From the NCBI GenBank assembly GCA_017406465.1, contig JAFQYM010000015.1, positions 64,622 through 128,621 on the forward strand: 64,000 bases of DNA, written 5' to 3'. Position 1 is the first letter of the stretch. Each line of letters begins with the position of its first letter. A program made the translations under genes and the position numbers. This document shows, one piece after another, positions 44,241 through 53,226 of the stretch. The notes under the pieces are model-generated. The model made no database searches and was not told the DNA's origin. It saw only the letters and a program-made list of their open reading frames with translations. The stretch comes from Kiritimatiellia bacterium (GTDB lineage Bacteria; Verrucomicrobiota; Kiritimatiellia; RFP12; UBA1067).

Positions 44241-45485
44241 ATGAAATTGCTTGACGAACTTAGGGCGCGCGGACTCGTGGAGGCCATGACCGACCCGGAA
44301 ATCGAAAAGGCCCTTGAGAAGCCCATGACCGTCTACTGCGGGTTTGACCCGTCTGCCCGCTCTTTGCAGGCAGGAAACCTCGTCTCCATCGTCGTCCTTC
44401 GCCGTCTCCAGCTTGCCGGCCACAAGGTGATCGCGCTTGTCGGCGGCGCGACAGGACTCATTGGCGACCCGAGCGGCAAGTCCGCCGAGAGGAACATGCT
44501 CACGGTCGAACAGGTCGAAGAGAACAAGAAGGGCATACGCGAGAACCTTTCGAGAATACTCGACTTCGACGGGCCCAATGCCGCCGTCATGGTAGACAAC
44601 TACGACTGGTACAAGGGCACGAGCGCAATTGAGTTCCTGCGCGACATCGCGATCAACTTCCGCGTGCCGCAGATGCTTGCGAAGGAGTCGGTCAAGAAGC
44701 GCCTCGAGGCGAGCGAGGGGGCTCTCACGTTCACCGAGTTCAGCTATCAGATTCTCCAGGGAAACGACTTCCTGCACCTCTACGACAACTACGGCTGCCA
44801 GATGGAAGTCGGCGGCGCGGACCAGTGGGGCAACATCACCGCCGGCACCGACCTCGTCCGCAAGATGCGCGGCAAGTCGACCTACGGTCTCACGTTCCCG
44901 CTTCTCCTCGACTCGTCGGGCAAGAAGTTTGGCAAGAGCGAGGGCAACGCGCTTTTCATGGACGGCGAGATGACGCCTGTGTTCGACTGGTACCAGTATT
45001 TCCTCAGGACGCCCGATGCCGATGTCATTCGCTATCTCAAGGTCTTCTCGATGAAGTCGCTTGACGAGATCGCTGCGCTCGAGGTCGAGATGAAATCTCA
45101 CCCTGAGGCCCGCATCCCGCAGAAGGCGCTCGCGGAAGAGCTAACACGGCTCGTCCACGGCGAGGCAGGGCTCAAGAAGGCCCAGGAGGCGACTGAGGCA
45201 CTCTATGCGAAGAAGAGCGCTGCCGATGTCGCGAAGGCAGAAAATGTGCCGAGCGCGGCAGTCTCGCTCGCCGACTGCGTCGGGAAGCCCGTTTTCGCCG
45301 TCGCGGCCGCTGCGGGGATGTTCAAGTCCAACGGCGAGGCGAGGCGCATGGCGGCGCAGGGAGGTCTCTCCCTCAACGACGCGAAGATTGACGCGAACCG
45401 CCTCTTTGCCGCTGACGACGTGAAAGACGGCGTCGCCGTTCTCCGCTCTGGAAAGAAGAACTACTTCGTGCTGAAGTTCTCGTGA
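44241..45485 (+). CDS. tyrS: tyrosyl-tRNA synthetase (non-canonical HIGH motif)
   Basis: YCGFDPSARSLQAGNL ... GGATGLIGDPSGK ... KFGKS (KMSKS) and a C-terminal S4-like domain. The HIGH position reads QAGN. Confidence 0.9.
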   Translation: MKLLDELRARGLVEAMTDPEIEKALEKPMTVYCGFDPSARSLQAGNLVSIVVLRRLQLAGHKVIALVGGATGLIGDPSGKSAERNMLTVEQVEENKKGIRENLSRILDFDGPNAAVMVDNYDWYKGTSAIEFLRDIAINFRVPQMLAKESVKKRLEASEGALTFTEFSYQILQGNDFLHLYDNYGCQMEVGGADQWGNITAGTDLVRKMRGKSTYGLTFPLLLDSSGKKFGKSEGNALFMDGEMTPVFDWYQYFLRTPDADVIRYLKVFSMKSLDEIAALEVEMKSHPEARIPQKALAEELTRLVHGEAGLKKAQEATEALYAKKSAADVAKAENVPSAAVSLADCVGKPVFAVAAAAGMFKSNGEARRMAAQGGLSLNDAKIDANRLFAADDVKDGVAVLRSGKKNYFVLKFS

Positions 45486-46597
45486 AGACAATAGAGAGAT
45501 ACGTATTTGGATCTTTCCTCTCGAGCTTCCTGCTCGCGTTTCTCGTCTTGTCGTTCGTCATAACGATCGGGCTGATGGTGCAGATTGTCGGGTTCATCCT
45601 CGACGGCGTCTCGCCCTCGCTCATCGGCCAGTTCGCGCTAGTGAGCTTCCCCGAGACGATGCAGTGGACGATGCCGCTTGCGCTTCTCGTGGCGAGCGTC
45701 CTCGTCTTCTCGCGCATGAGCGCCGACAGCGAGATTGCCGCGATGCGCGCTTGCGGCGTTAACCTGCTGTCGATCATGAAGTGGCCCATCGCGTTTTCGC
45801 TTCTTTGCGTGGCGCTCGGGTTCTATATCAACAACGAAGTAGTGCCGCGCGGGCATGAGGTCCGCAGGAGTCTCAAGACGAAGGTCTCGGTCAGCACCGG
45901 CATAGATCTCCTCGAGCCGGGGCACGTGATCGACGACTTCCCGAAGATGAAGTTCTATTTCGGCGCGAAGGAGGGCAACTGGCTCTACGACATCGTCGTC
46001 ATGGACTATTCGCAGAAGGTTGACCGCATGATAACCGCCTCGAAGGCGCTCGTGACGAGCGAGGGGACGGATCTCCATCTCGACCTCTACCAGATGACCG
46101 TCGATCCGCTCGACGAGGATCACCCGACGATGGCACGTGCAACGCGTTTCCCCTACGTCGTAAAGGACGCGATAAAGGAAGTCAAGTACAACAAGAAGGA
46201 CAAGGACCTCGACTTCGGGGAGATTCTTGCGAAGATGAAGCTCCAGCAGAAGCTCGTCGACGCCGCACAGGGCAGGAGCAAGACCGCTGGCACCGAGAAG
46301 AACCTGCGAAAGCGCGACCTCTCGAAGACGCGGACGGAGTTCTCGAAGCGACTCGTCTTCGCGATGGCCTCGTTTTGCTTCGTCCTCGTAGGCATCCCGC
46401 TCGGCATCAAGGCCCAGCGAAAGGAGAGTTCGATCGGCATGGCGATATCGCTTGCCGTCTCGCTCGGCTATTACATAGTCGTGATACTCATGCTCTCGGC
46501 CCAGAAGAACTTTGCGATGCGCCCGGACATCCTCATTTGGCTTCCAGTTCCCGCGTGCTTCGCGATAGCGTCTTATCTCATGCCGAAGAACCTATAG
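45482..46597 (+). CDS. LptF/LptG family LPS export permease
   Basis: IERYVFGSFLSSFLLAFLVLSFV is a typical YjgP/YjgQ N-terminus. 6 TM segments with a large periplasmic loop. GTG start overlaps the tyrS stop. Confidence 0.8.
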   Translation: MKTIERYVFGSFLSSFLLAFLVLSFVITIGLMVQIVGFILDGVSPSLIGQFALVSFPETMQWTMPLALLVASVLVFSRMSADSEIAAMRACGVNLLSIMKWPIAFSLLCVALGFYINNEVVPRGHEVRRSLKTKVSVSTGIDLLEPGHVIDDFPKMKFYFGAKEGNWLYDIVVMDYSQKVDRMITASKALVTSEGTDLHLDLYQMTVDPLDEDHPTMARATRFPYVVKDAIKEVKYNKKDKDLDFGEILAKMKLQQKLVDAAQGRSKTAGTEKNLRKRDLSKTRTEFSKRLVFAMASFCFVLVGIPLGIKAQRKESSIGMAISLAVSLGYYIVVILMLSAQKNFAMRPDILIWLPVPACFAIASYLMPKNL

Positions 46598-46640
46598 GAA
46601 AGTTAAAAGTTTAACGGTTAAAAATTGAAAGGTTGAAAAG
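46598..46640 (+). repeat. C-depleted GTTGAAAG-type array
   Basis: gaaagttaaaagtttaacggttaaaaattgaaaggttgaaaag, with a single C. Confidence 0.75.
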
Positions 46641-46645
46641 CTGCC

Positions 46646-47422
46646 ATGAAAATTCATCCTACTGCAATAGTCGAAGACGGAGCACAGCTCGGCGCCGACG
46701 TGGAGGTCGGCCCCTACGCCCACATAGGCAAAGACGTCAAGTTGGGTGACGGCACCGTCGTCAAGCAGGGCGCGATAATCGACGGCCACACGACGATCGG
46801 CTCGAAGTGCCAGATATTCCCCTACGCCTGCATCGGCATGAAGACGCAGGACCTCAAATACAAGGATGGCTCCGTCTCGTACGTCGAGATCGGCGACCGC
46901 ACCGTGATCCGCGAGTTCGCGACCATCCACCTTGGAACGGCCGACGGCGAGAAGACGATCATCGGCTCAGACTGTCTCTTCATGTGCTACTGCCATGCAG
47001 CGCACGGTGTCATTCTCGGCAACCACTGCATTTGCTCGAACTCCGTGCAGCTTGCGGGCGATGTCCATCTTCAGGACTGGGCGATCGTCGGCGGATGTGC
47101 TGCGGCGCACCAGTTCTGCACCGTCGGCGAACACGCGATGATCGGCGGCATGACGAAGATACGCCAGGACGCGCCGCCGTTCATGCTTACGGACATGTTC
47201 GAGGGGTCGATGAAGGTCATTGGCGTCAATGTCGTCGGTCTTACGCGCCGCGGCTTTTCGCGCGAGGCGATTCAGGCGCTCAAGGAGGCCCACCGCTTCC
47301 TCTACCGCGACGGCCTCAACCGCTCGCAGGCGCTCGACCGCGTGGAGCACGACGTCGAGCAGACGCCGGAGGTGCAGCGCCTCGTAGCGTTCTACCGCAA
47401 GTCGCAGCGCGGCGTCGCCTGA
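46646..47422 (+). CDS. lpxA: acyl-ACP--UDP-N-acetylglucosamine O-acyltransferase
   Basis: MKIHPTAIVEDGAQLGADVEVGPYAHIG hexapeptide repeats; 258 aa with a C-terminal helical domain. Confidence 0.9.
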   Translation: MKIHPTAIVEDGAQLGADVEVGPYAHIGKDVKLGDGTVVKQGAIIDGHTTIGSKCQIFPYACIGMKTQDLKYKDGSVSYVEIGDRTVIREFATIHLGTADGEKTIIGSDCLFMCYCHAAHGVILGNHCICSNSVQLAGDVHLQDWAIVGGCAAAHQFCTVGEHAMIGGMTKIRQDAPPFMLTDMFEGSMKVIGVNVVGLTRRGFSREAIQALKEAHRFLYRDGLNRSQALDRVEHDVEQTPEVQRLVAFYRKSQRGVA

Positions 47423-47464
47423 TTCCATTGGCAGCATCGGCTTTCTTTTGCTATACTATTGGCG

Positions 47465-47809
47465 ATGAACATCAACGACATTGTAAAGACGCTTGACGGC
47501 ACGCTTGTTGCCGGCGGAGATTCCGACCGCACGGTCGGCACGGTCGTCGCGAACGACCTCATGAGTGACGTCCTCCTCAACGACGGGGACGACATCCTGC
47601 TTCTCACCTCGCTCGCCTCTGACCAGGCGATCAGGACGGCGAATATCGTCGGCGCCATGTGCGTCGTCGTGCACAACGCGAAGCCGCTGCCGCAGACGAT
47701 GTGCCAGGTCGCCGACACGCTCGGCATCCCGCTCGTGAGCTCGCCTCTCTCCAAGTACGAGAGCTGCGTGCGCATCCACGACTTCCTCAAGGCCGAAGCC
47801 GGGGCATGA
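47465..47809 (+). CDS. DRTGG domain protein
   Basis: DLMSDVL ... ILLLTSL ... AIRTANIVGAMCVVV pattern. TATACT lies 7 nt upstream. Confidence 0.6.
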   Translation: MNINDIVKTLDGTLVAGGDSDRTVGTVVANDLMSDVLLNDGDDILLLTSLASDQAIRTANIVGAMCVVVHNAKPLPQTMCQVADTLGIPLVSSPLSKYESCVRIHDFLKAEAGA

Positions 47810-48858
47810 TGGAGTACAAGCCGACGATCCTGAGCGGCGGCGAAAGCCGCAGCGACGACCAGATCATGGCCGCGCACGAGCGCAAGCACGTTCGCCGCGT
47901 CTCGGGGCCTGGGCTCCCCGGCTCCGACGGGCAGGGCGAGCCGCTCGTCATAATGGAGCTTTTGCAGCGCCTGCGCGTCAAGGACGTGATGCGCGACCAC
48001 GACATAATCTCCGTCGTCCGCACCGACACGATGCACTTCGCGCAGAACCTGATGAAGCGCAACCACATCTCGGGAGTGCCCGTGGTGGAGGGGAAGCGGC
48101 TCTTTGGCATCGTCTCTATCAACGACATCATCATGGCGCTTGAGGGCGGCTGGATCAGCGACCCATGCCAGAAGCACATGGCGACGAACCTCGTCGTTCT
48201 TGAGGAAGACATGCCTCTCGCCTTTGCGCTCAAGTATTTCGAGAACTATATATTCGGGCGCTTCCCGGTGCTCAACAAGGAGCGCGACTTAGTTGGCATC
48301 GTCTCGCAGCGCGATGTCACGCGCGTCATGATGCGCGAGCTCACAAAGGAGCTGACGCGGCTTGAGGGCGGGGCAGGACATGCCGCCCCTGAAGGTGCGT
48401 CTACCGAGAAGTCGGAAGGGGCGCTTCCCTACTACTCGATGCGCCAGTTTGTCGTTGTCCGCAACGATCTCCAGAACGCCGGCAAGGCGGCGAACGAGAT
48501 AAAGAAGATGCTTGGTGATGCGGGCGTCGAGAAGAAGATCATAAGGCGCGTCGCAGTTGCCGCCTACGAACTTGAGATAAACATCTGCATCCACTCCCTT
48601 GGCGGCTCGATAACTTTCATTCTCGACGGCCACAAGGCGACGGTAATTGCGAAGGACAAGGGCCCTGGCATAAAGGACGTCGAATGGGCTCTTCGCGACG
48701 GCACGTCCACTGCGAACGACTGGATTCGCTCGATGGGCTTCGGCGCGGGGATGGGGCTTTCCAACTCCAAGCGCGTCGCTGATTTCTTCGACATCAAGTC
48801 GACCGTTCCGACAGGAACGACCGTCCTCTGCGAATTCAATCTCCCCGAGAAGAAGTAG
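47806..48858 (+). CDS. CBS-pair domain protein fused to a GHKL (anti-sigma/serine kinase-like) ATPase domain
   Basis: Two CBS motifs (ISGVPVVEGKRLFGIVSINDI; FGRFPVLNKERDLVGIVSQRDV). C-terminal ELEINICIHS ... DKGPGI ... GFGAGMGL. ATGA overlap with the DRTGG gene. Confidence 0.7.
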   Translation: MMEYKPTILSGGESRSDDQIMAAHERKHVRRVSGPGLPGSDGQGEPLVIMELLQRLRVKDVMRDHDIISVVRTDTMHFAQNLMKRNHISGVPVVEGKRLFGIVSINDIIMALEGGWISDPCQKHMATNLVVLEEDMPLAFALKYFENYIFGRFPVLNKERDLVGIVSQRDVTRVMMRELTKELTRLEGGAGHAAPEGASTEKSEGALPYYSMRQFVVVRNDLQNAGKAANEIKKMLGDAGVEKKIIRRVAVAAYELEINICIHSLGGSITFILDGHKATVIAKDKGPGIKDVEWALRDGTSTANDWIRSMGFGAGMGLSNSKRVADFFDIKSTVPTGTTVLCEFNLPEKK

Positions 48859-48861
48859 CGC

Positions 48862-49887
48862 TCAGCCGCCGATGCGGCGGAGGCGAAGCTGGCCGCAGGC
48901 GGCGTCGGCGTCTTTGCCGCGCGAGCGGCGGAGCATCGTCTGCACGTGGTTCTTCATCAGGACGTCGAGGAACATCAGCATCGTCCTCTCGTCGGGCGTC
49001 TTGAAGTCGGGGCGGTGCGAGACGGGTGAAAGTGGAATGAGGTTCACTTTCGCCATCGGGACGCGCTTCACCTGCCGCGCAAGCTCCTCGGCGCATTCGC
49101 GCGAGTCGTTCACGCCCTTGATTACCGTGTACTCGAAGGTGATGATTCTCTTCGTCGCCTTTGTGTAGGCGGCACAAGCGGCGAGTAGTTCGTCGATCGG
49201 CCACTTCTTGTTTACCGGCATCAGTTCGTTGCGCAGTGCGTCGTTTGGCGCGTGGAGCGAGACGGAAAGCTCGAACTGTATTCCCTCGGCGGCGAGCTTC
49301 GCAAAGCCCGGGACTACGCCGCAGGTCGAGAGCGTTATGTGCCGTGCGCCGAGGTTGGGGCCGCGCCCCGCGTTGATGAGCTTGAGAGCCCGCATCGTCT
49401 CGTCGTAGTTTGCGAACGGCTCGCCCATTCCCATCACTACGATGTTCGTGATCTCGCCGAGCGCGCGGCCCGCAATGTATTCCGCGACAATCTCGTCGGC
49501 GGCGAGCGAACGCACTACGCCTCTCGCGCCAGACGCGCAGAACGCGCAGCCCATGCCGCAGCCGACCTGTGTCGAAATGCACTGCGTGAAGCGGCCTGTC
49601 GCAGGGATAAGCACCGTCTCCACGGACTCGCCGTCTTCGAGGCCGATGAGCAGCTTCTGCGTTCCGTCCGACGACTTTGAGACTTCGAGCGTCTTCGTCT
49701 TCGTGATCGGGAACTCGACTTTCAGCTGTTCGCGGAAGTCCTTTGGAAGCGTCGTCGCCTGGTCCCAGTCGGTGATGTAGTCGCGATAAAGGGCCTGGAG
49801 GATCTGGTCGGCGCGGAACGCGCGCATGCCGCGCTCCTTCAGGATCGGCTTCCATTCGTTCGGCAGTATGCTCCACGCCTTTTTCAT
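48862..49887 (-). CDS. rlmN: 23S rRNA/tRNA (adenine-C2)-methyltransferase, radical SAM
   Basis: FRADQILQALY ... CISTQVGCGMGCAFCASG. 341 aa. Confidence 0.9.
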   Translation of the reverse strand: MKKAWSILPNEWKPILKERGMRAFRADQILQALYRDYITDWDQATTLPKDFREQLKVEFPITKTKTLEVSKSSDGTQKLLIGLEDGESVETVLIPATGRFTQCISTQVGCGMGCAFCASGARGVVRSLAADEIVAEYIAGRALGEITNIVVMGMGEPFANYDETMRALKLINAGRGPNLGARHITLSTCGVVPGFAKLAAEGIQFELSVSLHAPNDALRNELMPVNKKWPIDELLAACAAYTKATKRIITFEYTVIKGVNDSRECAEELARQVKRVPMAKVNLIPLSPVSHRPDFKTPDERTMLMFLDVLMKNHVQTMLRRSRGKDADAACGQLRLRRIGG

Positions 49888-49920
49888 CGCCGCATATTAT
49901 ACCAATTTTCTTCCAATGGC

Positions 49921-49965
49921 TGTTGTAGGTAACTTGTAGATATCCGTTAGACACCTGTAGACATC
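49921..49965. promoter_or_regulatory. four phased direct repeats TGTAG(R)NNAYC in the rlmN-dnaB divergent region
   Basis: ttgtaggtaac / ttgtagatatc / cgttagacacc / tgtagacatc. The G of TAG falls at 49928, 49939, 49950 and 49960 (11, 11, 10 nt spacing). Confidence 0.55.
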
Positions 49966-50007
49966 GGCGGCGATTCGGCGGCTCGCCCATTTGCTATAAT
50001 TGCCCTC

Positions 50008-51495
50008 ATGAACGACATGAAGACGCCGCCGAACAATATCGACGCCGAGCGGGCAGTGCTCGGGTCGATACTGCTTGACACGACGGGGCGCGACGAGCGC
50101 GTTATGGACGTCTGCCAGTCGGCGGGCGTCGTTCCCGAGACTTTCTTCGATCCGCGCAACAGGGCGATATACGGGGAGATGATGGCAATGGCGCGTGCAT
50201 CGAGGCCGCTCGACGCGCTGACGCTCACCGAGGAGCTTTCGAGCTCTGGGCGTCTTGAGGCCGTTGGCGGTGCCGCGTACATCCAGTCGCTTATCGACCA
50301 GACGCCTACGACCGCCCACGCCGAATACTATATCGGCATAATCATCGCAAAGCAGCTGAGGCGCACGATGATCGACCGCGCGACGGCGACGATCGAGAAG
50401 TGCTACGACGAGAGCGAGTATCCTGATGCGCAGGCCGTACTTGGCGACGCCGAGAAGTCGTTTATCGAAATCGGGCTAAGACGCGACTCGACGATGCCCT
50501 GGGCGTCTGCCATCGACGAGAGCTACAGGCATATCGACGCGATGTTCGACTCGAACGGAAGGACGCTCGACGGCCTTGCGACGGGCTTGACGCACCTCGA
50601 CGAGAAACTTCAGGGGCTCAAGAAATCTGAAATGATAGTAATTGCCGCGCGTCCGTCGGTCGGCAAGACGTCGCTTGCGATGAACATCGCCGAAAGCTGC
50701 GCCCTCGGGATGGACATGAACAACGTGCCGGTCAGGTCCGACGACGGCAAGCGCCATCCCGTTATGATCTTCTCGCTCGAAATGCCGATAGAGGCGCTGA
50801 CACGGAGAATGATCGCGGGCCGCGCTCACGTTAACATGTGGCGGCTCAACCGCGGCCTCTGCGCGAAGAGCGAGAAGCAAATGCTTATCTCCAACCTCTC
50901 GATTGCCGCCGAGGAGCTGAAGGGCGCTCCGATCTACGTTGACGACACGGCTGCGCTTGACGTCATGGATCTCCGTGCCCGCGCGAGGCGCGCGAAGAAG
51001 CAGCATGGCATAGAGCTTGTCGTCATAGACTACTTGCAACTCTGTACGTGCCGTGAGGCCGCTCGCATGGGAAGCCGCCAGATAGAGGTCTCGATGATCT
51101 CCCAGCAGATAAAGGCGATGGCGAAGGAGCTAAAGATTCCGGTGATCGTCCTTTCCCAGCTTTCCCGTGCGAACGAGCAGCGCGGCGACAAGGAAGAGAA
51201 GCCAAAGCTTTCCGACCTTCGCGACTCTGGCGCGATCGAACAGGATGCGGACGTCGTGTTTCTCCTTCGCCGCCCTTCGCGCACTGCGACATCGAAGGAA
51301 GCAAACGACGAGCAGCTCGCGATAATTGATGTCGCGAAGAACCGCAACGGCGAGACCGGGGAGGTGAAGGTCAACTTCTATCGCGAGTTCACGCGTTTTG
51401 GCGACCGCGAGATAGAGCGTACTGGCACCGACAACTTCACTACTTCCGAGCCGCCGCCAGAGCAGGGCGAGTTCGCCCCCGACCCCACGATGTAG
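50008..51495 (+). CDS. dnaB: replicative DNA helicase
   Basis: PPNNIDAERAVLGSILLD, Walker A ARPSVGKTS, VVIDYLQL, LSQLSR. Confidence 0.95.
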   Translation: MNDMKTPPNNIDAERAVLGSILLDTTGRDERVMDVCQSAGVVPETFFDPRNRAIYGEMMAMARASRPLDALTLTEELSSSGRLEAVGGAAYIQSLIDQTPTTAHAEYYIGIIIAKQLRRTMIDRATATIEKCYDESEYPDAQAVLGDAEKSFIEIGLRRDSTMPWASAIDESYRHIDAMFDSNGRTLDGLATGLTHLDEKLQGLKKSEMIVIAARPSVGKTSLAMNIAESCALGMDMNNVPVRSDDGKRHPVMIFSLEMPIEALTRRMIAGRAHVNMWRLNRGLCAKSEKQMLISNLSIAAEELKGAPIYVDDTAALDVMDLRARARRAKKQHGIELVVIDYLQLCTCREAARMGSRQIEVSMISQQIKAMAKELKIPVIVLSQLSRANEQRGDKEEKPKLSDLRDSGAIEQDADVVFLLRRPSRTATSKEANDEQLAIIDVAKNRNGETGEVKVNFYREFTRFGDREIERTGTDNFTTSEPPPEQGEFAPDPTM

Positions 51496-51835
51496 TTGTT
51501 CTGCGGCGGCGCGGACGCGGTGGGGCGAGTTTCGGCTTAGGGCTGAAAATCGCCGCGCCGCCCGATGGCTCGCGGGGCTCTCGTTCGGCTCCAGGGTCGC
51601 GACGGCTATCGCACATCAGACAATGAACCGAGTTTAGCCTGCCGTGCCTCGGCGTCTATCACTGGCTGCGTACGCAAGTCATTCTTACGCCTGCGACCTT
51701 CCGCCTACCTCACCCGCGACCATCGGCTCGGCTTGGCGATAGCGGATTCGCCAAGTTGTTGATTTCGGTGTGGCAGTTTCGCTATAATATGTCACACAGC
51801 CGTTGGAAATAAGGATAGTGACGGGAAACAACGAA

Positions 51836-52225
51836 ATGGGCGATAAAAAGAGCAATCCAGAAGGGGTGTTTTACCATGTGATCCGTGTGATCATTATGGG
51901 GATTTTGTTCATGGCAACAGCTTTTTGTGTCATGATGGCGGCGGTTATTGTATTGGAACGTCCCGGCATGCGGAAGTATGATCGGCTTTGCGCGTATCCG
52001 AACAAAGACGCTCTCTTTGCCGCAGAGCCAGACGAGGTGAAGAAAGTGATCGACTTTAGTCAGAACGGAACAAACTACACGGCGGTCGTTCTTTCATGGA
52101 TTGGATTCCTGCCGTCCGGCCCTGCTGTCTTCATTTATGATGAGGGCGGAAAGATGGTAGATCATTGTTCGGATTCTGGTGAATGTGACAGCTTTCTCAG
52201 GCGTTGGCACTACGCCAAATGGTAG
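51836..52225 (+). CDS. small membrane-anchored hypothetical protein
   Basis: One TM segment VIRVIIMGILFMATAFCVMMAAVIVL. Start uncertain. Confidence 0.4.
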   Translation: MGDKKSNPEGVFYHVIRVIIMGILFMATAFCVMMAAVIVLERPGMRKYDRLCAYPNKDALFAAEPDEVKKVIDFSQNGTNYTAVVLSWIGFLPSGPAVFIYDEGGKMVDHCSDSGECDSFLRRWHYAKW

Positions 52226-52332
52226 GTGCAATCAGTGGAACAGCCTGGGACAGTCCCCGCGGAACCATTGTAAAAGCCATATTTGCGCGGCAGGGTCACT
52301 GGCGACGCGATTTTTGATATAATACTCTTTCA

Positions 52333-53226
52333 ATGAAGTGTGAATTGTGCCATCAGAAGGACGCGGAGACTGCGATCCAGTTGGAAAAGGACAGCGAAGA
52401 GCAGGAGCTCTACGTCTGCCGCGAATGCGCGAACCGCGAGAGGGTGCGCCGGCAGAAGAAGAGCCAGCGTACGCGCAAGGGCGCGGACGGATTGCCGCCC
52501 GGTGTGTCCATTTCCGTTTCGGGCGTGTCGTCTGGCGACGAACCGCCGCCGCCAATCGTTGCCGCTATCATGAATGCCATGAGCGGGCTCGTCGAAGGTC
52601 TTGAGCAGGCGGCAGAAGAGGTCAGCAAGTCGAAGAAGGCGCCGGAACTCGTCGATTTCCCATGCGAACGCGCCGAGGCGACTTACCGCATAGGCGACCG
52701 TCTGCATCTCGAGGGATTGCATCTCATTGGCGAACTCGAGCCAGTGCATCGCGCGATGCGGGCGCTCAAGCTCCAGCTTACTGGCGTAGACGCTGACGGT
52801 GTTCGCGATGCAGGACATGTGTACCGGCTTCGCTACTCTGGCTCTGCCGAGCTTGCAAAGCGCGTCGCAGAAGACATTCTCCGCGAGGAGCGCAACGCGC
52901 GCGTCCGGCTTTTCGAGGAAATGCCCCGCGTGTTCGGCGACTCTCTCTGCCGTGCGCTTGCCATCCTCAAGAACTGCCGGCTGCTGAGCCCTGGCGAGCT
53001 TTTCGACCTGCTGTCGCCGCTTCGGCTTGCTGCGATAGAGAAGATGCTCGACGGAATAGGACTGAAGGAAATAGAGTCGATGCTCGCCTCGATCGACCTG
53101 TCGTCTAAGGAGGACGGCGAGACGCAGCAGGAACGCGACCGTCAGGACGCGGAACGCGCCGACGAGATGAACAAGCGCTTCGAGGACGTCGTCCTAAACG
53201 AGCGAGCCGAGGAGAAGTTCCTGTGA
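52333..53226 (+). CDS. zinc-ribbon protein upstream of clpC (possible ClpC adaptor/regulator)
   Basis: MKCELCHQ ... YVCRECANRE forms a CxxC...CxxC ribbon, then an acidic helical protein. The stop overlaps the clpC start. TATAAT lies 9 nt before the ATG. Confidence 0.5.
   Translation: MKCELCHQKDAETAIQLEKDSEEQELYVCRECANRERVRRQKKSQRTRKGADGLPPGVSISVSGVSSGDEPPPPIVAAIMNAMSGLVEGLEQAAEEVSKSKKAPELVDFPCERAEATYRIGDRLHLEGLHLIGELEPVHRAMRALKLQLTGVDADGVRDAGHVYRLRYSGSAELAKRVAEDILREERNARVRLFEEMPRVFGDSLCRALAILKNCRLLSPGELFDLLSPLRLAAIEKMLDGIGLKEIESMLASIDLSSKEDGETQQERDRQDAERADEMNKRFEDVVLNERAEEKFL

Noticed and set aside
51496-51775. tmRNA, RNase P RNA or SRP RNA downstream of dnaB.
   Set aside because: No tRNA-like acceptor/T-arm with a CCA end or tag ORF (tmRNA). 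No GAGGAAAGUCC-type box (RNase P). Only a loose resemblance of ggcggaaggtcgcagg (minus strand) to the SRP GGAA tetraloop region. Kept only as an unnamed sRNA candidate.
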